Source: the human T2T-CHM13v2.0 reference genome, Homo sapiens. Taken from it: a stretch of 64,000 nucleotides of DNA. The position numbers and the translations under genes are program-made. The DNA lies in the NCBI RefSeq assembly GCF_009914755.1, contig NC_060945.1. One strand, given 5' to 3'. The notes under the pieces were generated by a model, which was not told where the DNA came from, did not search any database, and saw only the letters and a program-made list of their open reading frames with translations. Shown in pieces: positions 15,260-29,319 of the stretch. Each line of letters starts with the position of its first letter. Within the stretch, counting starts at the first letter, position 1.

Positions 15260-15403
15260 AGTAGTCCCAGCTACTTGAGAGGCTGAGGTAGGAGGATTGC
15301 TTTAGCTTGGGAGGTGGAGGTTGCCATGAGCCAGGATCATGCCACTGCACTCTAGCCTGGGTGACAGAGGGTGACCTCATCTCAAAAAAAAAAAAAAAAA
15401 AAA
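15260..15403 (+). mobile_element. Alu right-monomer fragment
   Basis: 'gtagtcccagctacttgagaggctgagg...' with A-tail. Confidence 0.85.
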
Positions 15404-15668
15404 GCGTATTCTTCAACCCTGGCATTCTATCCTGCAGAAATAAAATGTCATCACATAAGCTTATCTGTGCACAGACTTCTTTTATTGCAGCATCGGTTAT
15501 GGTGGTAGAAAACTGGATACCAAGACAAAGTCTATCAAAGGGGGATGGCTGAAGAATCAAGTGGAATTCCTGCTATGGAATATCGTATAGCCATTGAAGG
15601 TAGTAAATCAGGGTTCTAACAGTTGGAGAGTTTTTCCAGAAGGTATTGTGTAAGAAAAGCAAAGTGCA

Positions 15669-16076
<408 letters not shown>

Positions 16077-16999
16077 TTAGTAAGGGTTGCCTGGGCTGGG
16101 TGGATCGGGGATGGGGTGGAGAGCAAGCAGAGGGCAGTGCTGCCTTAGAGTGAGTCATGCTCCTGGCATAGGGAAAAGCACGAAGGGTACAAATAGACAG
16201 TAAGGTAAAAAAAGATGCCAGCAAGTATTTTAAAAACGCCTAACCACACAAAGAGAGGGAAATGGAAGTAACAACAGTGATTTTTACCCATGAAATTGAC
16301 AGAGACTAAAGTGATTGGTATCTATTGAGTGAGAGTGTGGGAAGATTGGTGGTTCCCTCTCAGCAAGCGGTCCAGGGAACACCTTTCTGGAGAGCACTGG
16401 GTGGTAAAACCAAAAGCCACATAGTCTCAGTCCATCAAGTTCACATTCAGAGACTTACCCTAAGAAGATTAAGGTACATACAGAATGATTTATGTTGAAA
16501 GAAGTTCATCTTAACATGATTTAGAATAGTAAAAACTGAAAAGTCTAAATGTACAAGACTAGGAAACTGGATAGGTAAGTCCTGATAATTCATAGACTGG
16601 ATATTAAATAGTGTTAGAAGTATATTTAATAAGAAAAATGTTCAGAGTTTATAAAGTGAAAACCATAGGCCACAGGCTTATTGTGTGAACCCAGTGAATG
16701 CTTTGTACTTATGTTACGTGTCCACTTTTTTAAAAGTCTGAAAGTATAAACACCAATGTGCTGTCTGTTATTATCTGTGATCAGTGAGCAAAATTACAGG
16801 AGGTTTTAATTTTCTTCTGTGTACTTGGTGTTTTCACACATTTTCTAAAGTAAACACGAATTACTTTTATGTTTAGGAAAATGTGTTTAAAATGTATGTA
16901 TTGAGACAAGGTTGATTCATTGAACTGGAGTGTGTGATCTGAGGTTCTGCCCCCTGCAGTGATGTCTTCCAGGCAAGCTTATTCTTATATAAAGTGAAC

Positions 17000-17292
17000 G
17001 ACCAGGCATGGTGGCTCATGCCTGTAGTCCTAGCACTTTGGGAGGATGAGGCAGGTGGATTGCCTGAGCTGAGGATTTCGAGGCCAACCTGGGCAACATG
17101 GTGAAACCCCATCTCTACTAAAAATACAAAAAATTAGCTGGGTGTAGTGGTGCACACCTGTTGTCCCAGCTACTTGGGAGGCTGAGGCATCAGAATCACT
17201 TGAACCTGGGAGGCGGCAGAGGTTGCCCTGAGCCGAGATCATGCCATTGCCCTCCAGCCTGGGCAACAGAGCAAGACTCTGTCTCAAAAAAA
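17000..17292 (+). mobile_element. Alu
   Basis: Dimeric Alu. Confidence 0.95.
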
Positions 17293-17780
17293 ATGGAGGG
17301 GTTGGGGGAGGCTCCAAGGACCTGTGTGGGTCCAAGCTGGGCTCTGCTGCCTCGTGGAGGTTTGTGCCATGCCATCAGCTCTTTCCACAGGCCCCTGGCT
17401 GTGCCTGCCTGGGGTGCTGGGCCCCTGGCTCTGTCCTCACACTGGTTTCTCTTCATGGGGTTGATGATCACCTTCAGGAAGCAAAGCTGATGAAGGACAA
17501 GGGCTCCTCACCAAATAGACACTAGTGGTGCCTGTTTCTGACTTCTTGCTTTGATGTTCTCTTTTAGGGTCCAGATAATTTTTTTTTTTAGAAAAGAAAT
17601 GTAGAGTGAAGGTGACAGCCTTTGATTATAGTAGTAAAGATGATCCAAATAGTTTGTATAATAAATACTTGGACACATGAATCTGTATTTGAAATTTGAA
17701 ACCATCCTAATAATATAGCCAAAAAAAAAAAAAAAAAAGCTCCAGCGTCCTCTCCTCACGCTTTCCTTGGCTTTGAGCAG

Positions 17781-17885
17781 GGAGAAGAGCCTGCTGAGTG
17801 CAGTGAGGCGGGTCTCCTGCAGGAGGGAGTACAGCCAGAGGAGTTTGTGGCCATCGCGGACTACGCTGCCACCGATGAGACCCAG
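17781..17885 (+). CDS. PRMT2: PRMT2 exon 4 (GEEPAEC...FVAIADYAATDETQ; start of SH3)
   Basis: AG/GT bounded, 105 nt, phase 0-0. Confidence 0.95.
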
Positions 17886-18551
17886 GTAGCCACACGTGGT
17901 GGTTAATGCTTTATGGCTTTCAGCATGTTCAGTGTCAAAAGGAGATAAATTTTGCAGACGTCACACCAAAGTTAAATGAAGAGGTATTCAGATGCGTAGG
18001 GCCACACAAGACCTGTGTGTGAAGCTCACAGCCCAGCCAGTTCTGCCTCAAGCATGATGTAAAGATACCAGGCATGGAGTGGGGACCCTCAGCCAGGGGC
18101 AGAAGCACCTGTTCTGGTTTCTACTTGGAATGTAGAACCCACCCAGTTAATGAAAAGTAAGGCTACCAAATATATCAAGCTATATCTGCTTGGACGTAGC
18201 TTTGTTTACTTTGTGACAGGAATTTCTTAGAGTCAGCCTCCAGTAACTCAGTTGGCATAGTTGAGTTACAATGAAGAGGCTGTTGAGAAATTCTCTCCTA
18301 AGCCATTTGAAAATGTTTACTCCTTCTTTTAAAAAATATCTGTTAAGCTGTGCCCTCCTTTCAGGTAGATGTTCCAGAGGCATCGCTAAGTCATGGTGTC
18401 ACTTGCAAACATTCTCAGTTGCTGTCATTACCCACTGACTCCTGTTTGAAATCTCTGTGATTTTGTCACCATTGATGGGATTTATCACTGAGCCACATTT
18501 GAAATACCAATGACTGGTTTTCTTATTGAATTTTAACTTTTTTTTTTCCAG

Positions 18552-18734
18552 CTCAGTTTTTTGAGAGGAGAAAAAATTCTTATCCTGAGACAAACCACTG
18601 CAGATTGGTGGTGGGGTGAGCGTGCGGGCTGCTGTGGGTACATTCCGGCAAACCATGTGGGGAAGCACGTGGATGAGTACGACCCCGAGGACACGTGGCA
18701 GGATGAAGAGTACTTCGGCAGCTATGGAACTCTG
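18552..18734 (+). CDS. PRMT2: PRMT2 exon 5 (SH3: LSFLRGEKI...DWWWGE...GYIPANHV; YFGSY)
   Basis: AG/GT bounded, 183 nt; SH3 WW and GxIPxNxV motifs. Confidence 0.97.
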
Positions 18735-18789
18735 GTATTGCTTTCTAAATTCCCTGTTCAGCTGGCCAGGCGGTGGGTTCTCTCTAGCT

Positions 18790-19107
18790 TTAGTTCTACT
18801 GCAACGTTCAGAGCAGGCCCATAGTCTTACAGGCCAGAGCTCCTCTGTTGTAGCCACTCAGCTCTGACATGGTTGTGTGGAAGCCACTGTGGATGACACA
18901 CAAAGTGTGCACTGTTGTGTTCCAATAAAACTTTATTTATGGATCTTGAAATTTGAATTTATACTGTACAGTTTTCATGTGTCACAAAGTATTTTCTTTT
19001 GATTTAAAAAAATCATTTAAAAATGTAAAACCCACTGTTAGTTTGGAGGCCATCCAAAAACAGGTGGTGGGCTAGATTTGGCCCATGGCTTAGTTTGCCG
19101 ACCCCTG
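18790..19107. mobile_element. MER58-like hAT-Charlie DNA transposon
   Basis: 'ccaataaaactttattta' core and '...tttgccgacccctg' terminus. Confidence 0.75.
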
Positions 19108-19199
19108 GCTTAGAGATATGATTTGAGCAATGAGATTATGTGCGTGCTCCCTCAGTATTTAAAAAAAAAGCAGTAAATTTTACTTTAAAAATGAAATTA

Positions 19200-19830
<631 letters not shown>

Positions 19831-20037
19831 AGCCCAGCTTCTAAATAGCTTACCGAAATTTTTTCCCCACCATGGAGAAATGCCTATAACCCGATGGTCC
19901 AGGCAACAATCTCTGGTTACATTTTAAAACTAGATGAAAACAGTTACTTGCAGGATGAATGTTATAAAAATGATGTTAGTTGAAAGAAGGAATAGGGCAA
20001 AGAATCTATAACGTTTGACTCAATTATATAAAGTTAA

Positions 20038-20433
<396 letters not shown>

Positions 20434-21839
20434 TGAATGGAGGTTACCTGCTGGTAGGGGAGGCTCTGGGACCAGCGTGGCTGAGTCAGGAGTTCTGACA
20501 TGCTGGCAGTGTTCTGGGGTTGGATATAGGTATAGAGGTGTTTGCTATATAACAATACTTGACTAACTCTGCAGATACTTTTTATTGCACTTTTTCGCAG
20601 GTATGCCATATTTCACAATTAAAAGTGTTAAAAACTATTCATGTCTGTACATGGTTAGTGATTTCTATCCGTTAAGGAAAGATACATAATGAAAAGCCAA
20701 TTCCAGCCTCCCACCTCTGCCGCCTCTCAGCTCAAAGAACCACTGCCCACCAGATTCCTCTGTGCTTATGAAGTCCAAGTGACACCTAATGTATTTTACG
20801 TTTTTAATGTATAGAAAAGGCATTGTTCCACCACTCAGGTCTTCACCTTGCTCTTTTCACGTAGCTGTAGTATTTTGAAGATCTCTCATATTGGCACCTG
20901 TCACTCTTTATAACAGCTGCAGAGCGTTGTGTTACTTTAAAAGGGTCCTGTTGATATTTGGACAGTGGTTATTTAATAGCTTTTTATCATGATAAATAAT
21001 GCTGTAATGGAGTCCTGTATAATCCTGTTAAATGCTGTTTAGAATTTCTATAGGGTAAATTCCTACGGGGTGTGTGTGTGTAGTGTGTACATGTGGTTTC
21101 CTTAAGTGGATCTTGCCAGTTCGCCCTCCAGAAAGATTTGCTAATTATACACTTGGTCTGTTTGTGCTGCTGTAACAAAATACCTTAGACTGAGTGAATT
21201 ATGAAGAACAAAGCTTTGTTTCTCGCAGTTCTGGAGGCTGGGAAGGCATTGGCATTGGTGTCCAAGATGGCGCCTCATGGCTGTCCTCACGTGGTGAAGG
21301 CGGGAGGGCTGGGAGCACCTCTTTCACCACAAACCCTTTCATAGTAACCTCCAAAGGTGGCCTCTTAATGCCATCACACTGACGATTAAGTTTCAGTACA
21401 TGGATTTTTGGAGACATTTCAGACCGTGGCATGATGGTGTGTGAAAGCTCATTTCCCTACCACAAATCAAAGTGAAAAAGGACTTTGATCTTAAAAGTTA
21501 AATATGGCATCTTTTAGTTTTGATTTCCATTTTTTAAGTAAGATTGATTATCTTTTATGTGTTTATGGGCCTTTTGTATTTTTTCTTTTTTTGTAAACTT
21601 TCATATTATTTGCCCCTTTTGATTTTTGTTGATTCGTGTGTTAAGTAATTTAGCCTGAATTTGTGAAGTTTTGTGACTTTGTGAAATTTTTTCCCACGTA
21701 CAACTTTTTTCTTTGTATAGCCTAATATGGTTTTCTTTTCTTTGTGACTTCTTTTTCTTTTCTTTGTGAAAAACCTTCCTCACTATAAGATTATAAATAC
21801 CCACACTTTTGTTTTCAGAACTGTTATGATTCTGTGTTA

Positions 21840-22014
21840 TTTTATTTTTGTTTTTTATGTTTTTTAGAGATGGTGTCACACTCTGTCGTATGAGTGGCTG
21901 GAGTGCGGTGGTGCAGTCATAGTGCACTGTATCCTCAAACTCCTGGGTTTAAGGGACCTTCACCTTAGCTTCCCAAAGTACCGGGATTACAGGGGTGAGG
22001 CACCCTGCCTGGCC
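21840..22014 (-). mobile_element. Alu monomer (FLAM/FAM-like)
   Basis: Monomeric antisense Alu motifs. Confidence 0.8.
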
Positions 22015-22807
22015 TTCTGATTCTATTTTAAACAATGAGATTTTAAATAATAAAAAATCTAGAAATTATTTGTTGTAAAAAATATAATGTAAAATTCCGC
22101 CCTAATGTATGCCCACAAATCTCCAGCGACCCCAGCCTCAGTTACTGGACAGTTCCCTTCGCGTTGATGTGAAACGGTGCGTTTGTCCTGCTCTGGATTT
22201 CAGGGGTCTGCTGTAGAATTCCTGTTGTTTCACTGGTCTGTTTACTGCAGTTCCCAGTGCTTCGTCATTTCCATCACTGCACCTTTGTAGGATCTGCAAG
22301 AGCTAGGTCTCCAGCAGTTCTTTTTTTTTTAAAGCATTTTCCTCATTAGCCTTGGGCACTTACTGTTTTGAAACTAATTTTATTATCATTTTGTTGTGCT
22401 TTCTCCTTTAGTAGGTACTGCATGGAATGTTTATGTTAATTTTGGGAGAGCTGACATCTTTATAACATTGACTCTCAGTCTCTGATTACTTAAGCTTTGT
22501 TTAATATCTCTTAGTATTTTAAGATAAGGACAATATCTCTTTGTCATACATGGTTGTGCACCTTTCTTGTTAAATTTGTTCCTAGGTATTTTTTGTGTAT
22601 TATTACTGTTATAAGGGGGTGGGTGAAGTGTTCTCTAAATACCAATGAGATTAACTTGGTTGACAGTGATGTCCAGGCCTTCCATAGTCTTCCATAGGGG
22701 TGTTGGGGTCAGGGGTCATCAGCTGTGGCTCTGACCCTCCATCTCAGTCCAGACCTCAGCATGGCTCTAGGTCACAGGCAGTGATTCTGAATGTGCATTT
22801 CTTCCAG

Positions 22808-22969
22808 AAACTCCACTTGGAGATGTTGGCAGACCAGCCACGAACAACTAAATACCACAGTGTCATCCTGCAGAATAAAGAATCCCTGACGGATAAAGTC
22901 ATCCTGGACGTGGGCTGTGGGACTGGGATCATCAGTCTCTTCTGTGCACACTATGCGCGGCCTAGAGCG
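22808..22969 (+). CDS. PRMT2: PRMT2 exon 6 (HLEMLAD..R; SAM-binding motif I ILDVGCGTG)
   Basis: AG/GT bounded, 162 nt; PRMT motif I. Confidence 0.97.
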
Positions 22970-23924
22970 GTGAGTGGGGTCTCGAGCGCATCCCGGGTGT
23001 TTGTGCCGAGGCTGGTGACGTCCGAGGTGGCCTCTGAGTGTGCTGACTTGTGACCCTGAGCTGTTGGGGGCTCACCGGTGACTCCATGGTCTTGTTGAGC
23101 ACCCTGCACGTGGGGCTCAGGGTCGGTAAAATAGCAGTGCGTGGAGACCGCGTGCTAGAGGCCGTAGCGCCCGCGTACAATGAGTCGCAGACAGCACAGA
23201 CGGGAGTAGGGCAGAATAGACAATATCCCGTGAATTGCGTGGGGCGGGGTATGTTCTGTGAGACGTTTATTTCAGTTGAGTAGAGAAACACGTGCACCCA
23301 CATGTCTGTGCTGGGCCTTGGGTGTGGTTGGTCTCATGGGGTTGGGAGGGATGCACACGCTGGGCCCCCTCCCCACCCCTCTTGGGCCGTCTATACTGTG
23401 CTGAGCTGAGCCGAGCTGCAGCCTTGGAGACTCCTTACACAGTGGGTGGGGTCGCAGCACAGTGTCCACCCAAGTCCAGGCTCTGCAGGACCCAGGACCC
23501 AGCGCTTGGGTGCTTCCCACCAGACCCTTCCCTGAGAACCTGGGTTTGAAATTGTCTGACAGGCCTCAGATGTGGCACAGACCAGCATTGTCACTTGGGT
23601 GCTAAGAAGTTGCTGTGCTGGTCATGGATTAAGATTGCTGTGCGTGTGGCAGCCGGCTCGGGCATGCGAGTCTTCCATCCACTTGCAGCCCTGCGTCTGT
23701 GTCTTGTCCGGGAGGTGGGGGCAGTTGGGAGGGTTAGAGGCGGCTCCTTTCTGGGTGCCCCTGGAGGGGCAGGTGTGGCCAGTCCTCGCTGCCTCTGCTG
23801 TCTGGAATGCTGCTTCCCTCTTGTGTCATTGACCATTTCTCGTGATGCTGGTTGTGACTCAGGAGAGTAGATGACGGGCCGTGTGCCGGCCGGATGTACG
23901 CTGACGGTGCCTCTGCTGCTGCAG

Positions 23925-24089
23925 GTGTACGCGGTGGAGGCCAGTGAGATGGCACAGCACACGGGGCAGCTGGTCCTGCAGAACGGCTTTGCTGACATCA
24001 TCACCGTGTACCAGCAGAAGGTGGAGGATGTGGTGCTGCCCGAGAAGGTGGACGTGCTGGTGTCTGAGTGGATGGGGACCTGCCTGCTG
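23925..24089 (+). CDS. PRMT2: PRMT2 exon 7 (VYAVEAS post-I; [10 protein letters not shown] double-E loop)
   Basis: AG/GT bounded, 165 nt. Confidence 0.97.
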
Positions 24090-26182
24090 GTGAGGGCGGG
24101 CGTGCGGGCAGCTGGGGGCCGGAGCTGGGGGGCTTCTGAGCACGGGCTCGGCTGGGCCAACCTCAGGATCTCAAGGGTCGTGCGTGATTCATTTTGATGT
24201 TTTCCCTAATGTGAGGTCTAATTAATTTCTTGTGTGGACATTGGCTCAGTGTCTTGAATTTTCACCTGATTTAAAAAATGCCTTTATGAGAAATTTAAGT
24301 CAAAGTTCATGTAACATTTTCATGAGTGATTTACATGAACTGTGTTCTCCTCGGGGATCTGTAAAAATCCTGTGCCTAACAGGTAAGGCTGTTTCTTTAA
24401 TGCCAGTAGGGCCTTCGTCCCTGGCCAGGGTCTCCTCGCCTTAGACTGGCCCCAGTGATGCTGTGAAGCCACTTGGGCATCTGTAGGGCCAGCATATGCC
24501 TGTCCTGTCAGGGTTGCTCACCCTGAGTTTCACATGTGGGTGGAAGTGGACTGTTTTCTGGTTGCCTGTGAATATGCCCTGCACAAACGCTGTCTGCTTG
24601 GAGGGAAGTTGACGGGAGTGTGGCTGGATGCTGTCTGCCCGGCGCTGTCTTCCTGGGCTCAGCATCCTGGGACACAGGACATTGTAGTGGAGCATCCCAA
24701 CCTGAAACTTTGTCTCAGTGTAGAGACCCAGAAAGATGGGGTCTGGGTGAAGGAGTGTGGAGTATGGCTGCTGCTTTCCAGGAAACGGTTTCCCCTGGTA
24801 ACAGATGGCATTGGGCTTTTAGTCCTGTTGAAATTTTGTTGTCAGAAGATAAATGTAAATAGACTCAATGTCCATGCTGTGACTTGGCTTATTAATAACA
24901 TCTGTGGAGCCATAAGATGACACACAGGAGAAACGGGCTCCACTCCTACCCCCTGAAGGGGCATTTGCCTTTGCCCTGAACAGCAGCGCCCATTCAATAA
25001 GTATCTGTTGACAGCTGGTGCCCCGGCCACGGGGACAAAAAGAGGACAGAGCAGGAGTGAGGCTGTGGTGAGGCCAAGGTTGTGTGGGCGGTGATACGGG
25101 GAAGCCTGGCTGCTGGAGTGTCCGGCTGTGCCCTGGATTGGGTGAGAGGGACACAGGAGGGACGTGGGGCAGAGGGAGGGGAGAGGAGTAGCCACTGTGT
25201 TCACCGTGTTGCCGTGTTCCAGGGCTGCCCAGTGGCCGGATTGGCCAGACTGTGTTGCATCAGGGAGGCAGAGGCCAGATGTAGGGAACTGTGTGTCTGA
25301 GGACTTTGTGCCACGTCCTGGACACCGAAGGGAGTGCCACTGGTGTGTGAGTGATGGAGTAAGAGGTGGGCTGTGTTTTGGAGGCCCCTGGGTATGTGTG
25401 GCCGGGACTGGAGGCCAGGGACTGGCTGTGGTCCAGCCCCAGCATGCAGAGAGGCCTGGGACATTCTGTGTGAGGGGAGGCCCCTCTGTGTGGGAGGTGC
25501 ACAGACTTCCAGGACTGACCATGGCTTTATTGTCAGGATGCAGGAGCCAGGGCTTGGCATGGGGCAGGTGTGGGGATGCAGAGCAGGGCCAGCAGGCAGG
25601 ATGTGCTGATGGGGGCCTGGCGTGAGCAGGACGGTGCCTCCCAGCCCTGAGCCGCAGGGAGTGGGCCACCAGGACTGGCTGGGGGCCGGGGTAGGGAGGG
25701 CCCTGGGGAGGGTGGACATCTGTGTGGGTCTTGAACATAGGATGCCCATCCGATGTGCAGGGCCAGCTATTGGTTGGGCAGTGGGGACATGGCCTGGGGT
25801 CTCGGTGGGCGATGGCCTGGAGGGGCCACCCTGAGCAGGACATTTGGAGGAGTGCTGGGGTGAGTCAGACAGGACCATGTGGTGGTTTTCTCCAGTGCAG
25901 GCAGTGGAGGGGGAAGGCGGAGCTTTGCAGGTGAGGGCTTGAGGCAGTTCCGACTTCAGACTCCCCCGCAGGGAGACTGAGGGACCACCACCATCATTAC
26001 TCAGGCCAAGGAGGCCCAGAACAGGGCAGACGGGGCTGCAAGAGTTCCTATGGCGATAGTTGTTGGGGCACAGGGTTGGTCGGATTTGAGGGAGGGAGGG
26101 TATGAATCTGGGAGTCGTTGGTGCGGTTGTACCCACCTTCACTTTCCGTCCCCAGGCTGCGCCTCTCCTGAGCTGCCGCATT

Positions 26183-26296
26183 CTCCCCTGCACCTGTGCG
26201 TCTGGCCCTCTTCACGTCCTCCTGGCCTGCTGTCTGCCTCTCCCCTGCACCTGTGCGTCTGTCCCTCTTCATGTCCTCCTTGCCTGCTGTCTGCCT
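26183..26296. repeat. 57-bp tandem duplication (2 copies)
   Basis: ctcccctgcacctgtgcgtctg...cctgctgtctgcct twice. Confidence 0.9.
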
Positions 26297-27058
26297 GTTC
26301 TCAGAGCCCCTCAGCCCTCAGGCCTTCATCTCTCCTGGCCCATCTTCCTACTCTGACGCTGACATGTAGTAAAAGTCTGAAGACAGAGAAGAGTGCATGT
26401 GCGTTTAGCATAGGAGGGGCAGCTTTCAGTCAGTGCAGCAAGGGCATGTAGTTGTTCAGAGATGGTGCTGGAACGACTGATTTGGAGAAAAGAGGCCCTT
26501 CTTCACACCATCTGCTAAAATAAACCTCAGATGGGCTCAAGAGTTAAATATTTAAGAAAAGGAGGAAACAAAAAAATTGCTACAAGTTTATTTGTTGTTA
26601 GGATGGGAAAGGTTTTTCTAAGAACCAAGTTCATAATGAAGCTGTCAAATAAAATACTTGACAAAAAATTCCCCTTCATACATTAGCACAGCTAAAAACT
26701 ATTAAATGGTAAATGCAACTAAAGAATTGCAGCTAAAGAATTGTGTGACGTAAAGAGTTGCAATAAGAAAAGCATAAGATAAAGGTAACCTCATGGAAGG
26801 TGAGCAGGGACTAGAAAGGCAGAGAAATGCCAGAGGCCAGGAGCTTGAACGTTGTTCAATGCCACCAACAATTTGAAAGTAACTGTAATAGTTTTGACCT
26901 GGGAAGTTGGCTGAGCAATCCTCTAATATCTGATGCTCCCGATGCTGAGGTTGTGGGGAAGTGTGCACCGCCATGCCCTTTTTTTGGCAGTGTAAATTGG
27001 TAAAGCCTTTTGAAGGAAAATAGGGCAGAATAAGTCAAAGAGCATTAAAATTTTTTTG

Positions 27059-28472
27059 TTTTTCCAGAAGCAGCAAAGTTCTGAAGGAGACGCAAGTAAA
27101 GATACCACAGGTGTCCTAGATTGTCAACAGACCATTTAATCATTTTTGTTAACAAAGCAGGTGACAATTGAGCCCTAATTTGCGTTATCATTAGTTGTTA
27201 CAGGATCTTGCTTGTTCTCCTGAGGCCACGCCACGATTTCCGAGAAGCAGGTTGCACACTCAGCAGTCTCCCACTAGCCAGTGGCACTGCAGGTGCAGGG
27301 GCTGCCTCCTGGACCTTTCAGGACGCTTTGCAAGGTCACTGAGGATCTCCATTGCACATTTGGTAGAATTAAAAGACTGCCAGACTCAGTCTTACTGTTG
27401 TTAGTGTATTCGTGCTGTCAATATGTGATGAGGACATATTATATTCCGTTATTCTCTTTAGCTCAAGGAAGAATAAAGAATTTGGACCAAAATTACAACC
27501 ACATTATGACGAATTTTCTAAGCAAAAGAAACAAAGTAACTGCTGAGGTTAACAAAGATGTAATAATTCTCTTCACACAGCCTTGTACTGTTTTATTGAC
27601 TGTATTATCACAAATCCTGAGCTTAACGAAAGTCTTTATAAGTCAGCTCATGAAAACAGGCACGTGGCCAGTAAGAATTTAATTTCATACCAATAACACT
27701 TCAGACTTCGGATGTATTTAAGGCTGTTTGCACATATTTATAGAATGCGTGGTGTAGATGATGGGACAGCTCCCCCTCAGCAAGACTCTGGCCTAAATGT
27801 ATTTGCTTTATTTACACAACAAGAGGATAAGCGTAAACACGGGCACTTTCAGTTTGTGGCACTGAAGGACGATCTACACAGGGCACCCTGCAGAGGCCAC
27901 AACCAAGGCCGCCTGGCTTCCCAGTGGGACAGGCCTAAGGGAGGACTTCTGGCCCCTTTGCTTGATGTTCATGTTTTATGCCTTGATATTTCTTTTTGGT
28001 TGCATTCCCTGGAGCTCATGTAGATCATTTTACTTTTCAGAGGTGCTAGTTCTGGTGCCCACACGCACACACACAAAACCATCAACTCTTCTGGATTCCT
28101 TGGTTTTAAAGCTTGCCTCATACAAAGTACAGAGACATCTTTTTCAGGAAACATTGCCACCACATGCTTGAAGGACCGCTTATGGCTACACTTAGACATC
28201 TCCAACCAAGGTCTCTTCACCTCCTTCTACAACAATGCACTTTGTCTGCACTGGGACAAAAAATGACAGCCTTTTTTCTTTTCTTGTTTTTTTTTTTTTT
28301 TGGCGTGGAGCATTTCCGAACTTTCACGTCATAAAAAATGCAGCATAGTTAATCAGCAGCTTGCACTTCTGAGGGCACATTCACCTCGGGGGAGGAGGAA
28401 GGAGGAGGAGCTGGTGGGTGCTGAGACTGCAGTGTCCTCCTTCCCAGCAGCTGGACCCAGAGACCAGGCACC
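27059..28472 (-). pseudogene. DSTNP1: Destrin processed pseudogene (CDS remnant 28380-27874 plus UTRs)
   Basis: Intronless minus-strand remnants: IFYDVKVRKCST, KKAVIF, F.EKD, WAPELAPLKSKMIY, GCPV*; frameshifts and stops; candidate TSD aaatttttttg at 27048-27058 and 28473-28483. Confidence 0.92.
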
Positions 28473-28907
28473 AAATTTTTTTGATGAAATTATCCTAAGG
28501 AAATAATCAAATTTGTACAGAAATTTATGTTAAAAAATGTTCATGGCAGCACCGTTTAAAATGGGGAGAAAATTGGAAACAACAGAATTGTAGCAATACA
28601 TATGATCATTAAAAATTATGTTTTAGAAAGATTTTTAACAGTCTTTGGAAAAAGTTGGTGACATGTTGCTAGTTTTTAAAAAAAGTACAGAGTATGTACA
28701 GTATGATTCCAATTTTGTGTTTAAAAATTAGACATAGTGGTAACCTAGCTTCAGTTCCAGATAAGATGGAGAAGGCATACTCCTTTCATGTCTCCCACTG
28801 AATGCAGCTATAAATCCTGGAGAGTAGACAGGGAGAAACTATTTGAGGACTCTGGAACAAAGACATAGTAGCAATCGACTGGTGAAGAAGACAAGAATTT
28901 GAAGTAC

Positions 28908-29218
28908 GGTCAAGTATCTGTGGGCTCCACATCTGTAGATACAACCTACATGTATTGAAAATATCAGAAAATAAAAATAACAATACAACAATAAACATCA
29001 ATACAAATAACACACCAATACAGTATAGCAGCTACTTACATAACACTGACATTGTATTAGGTAGAAGTAATCTAGAGATGATTTAAAGTCTGTCGGAGGA
29101 TGTGTGTAGCCTGTATGTAAAAACCACGTTATTTTATATGGGGGACTTTAGCATCCAAGGATTTGAATATCCACGGGGGTCCTGGAACAAGTTCCCCATA
29201 GACACCAAGAAACAACTG
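28908..29218. mobile_element. Tigger3a/MER7-like DNA transposon
   Basis: 'gtaatctagagatgatttaaag...gggggtcctggaac...actg' with TA flanks. Confidence 0.8.
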
Positions 29219-29319
29219 TATTCCTGAAACAGTCTTGAGTTATCATTTTCTTTCTTCTCCCTCTATGTATGTACATAGAGTGTACATACATAGAGTGAGA
29301 AGCAAAGAAGGTCCATGAA

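Noticed and set aside
18924-18929. AATAAA in intron 5 as a poly(A) site for an SH3-only isoform
   Set aside because: Part of the MER58-like consensus; no other support from sequence alone
24842-26193. 330-aa minus-strand ORFs in intron 7
   Set aside because: Stop-poor GC-rich intron; overlapping frames open simultaneously; no homology recognised
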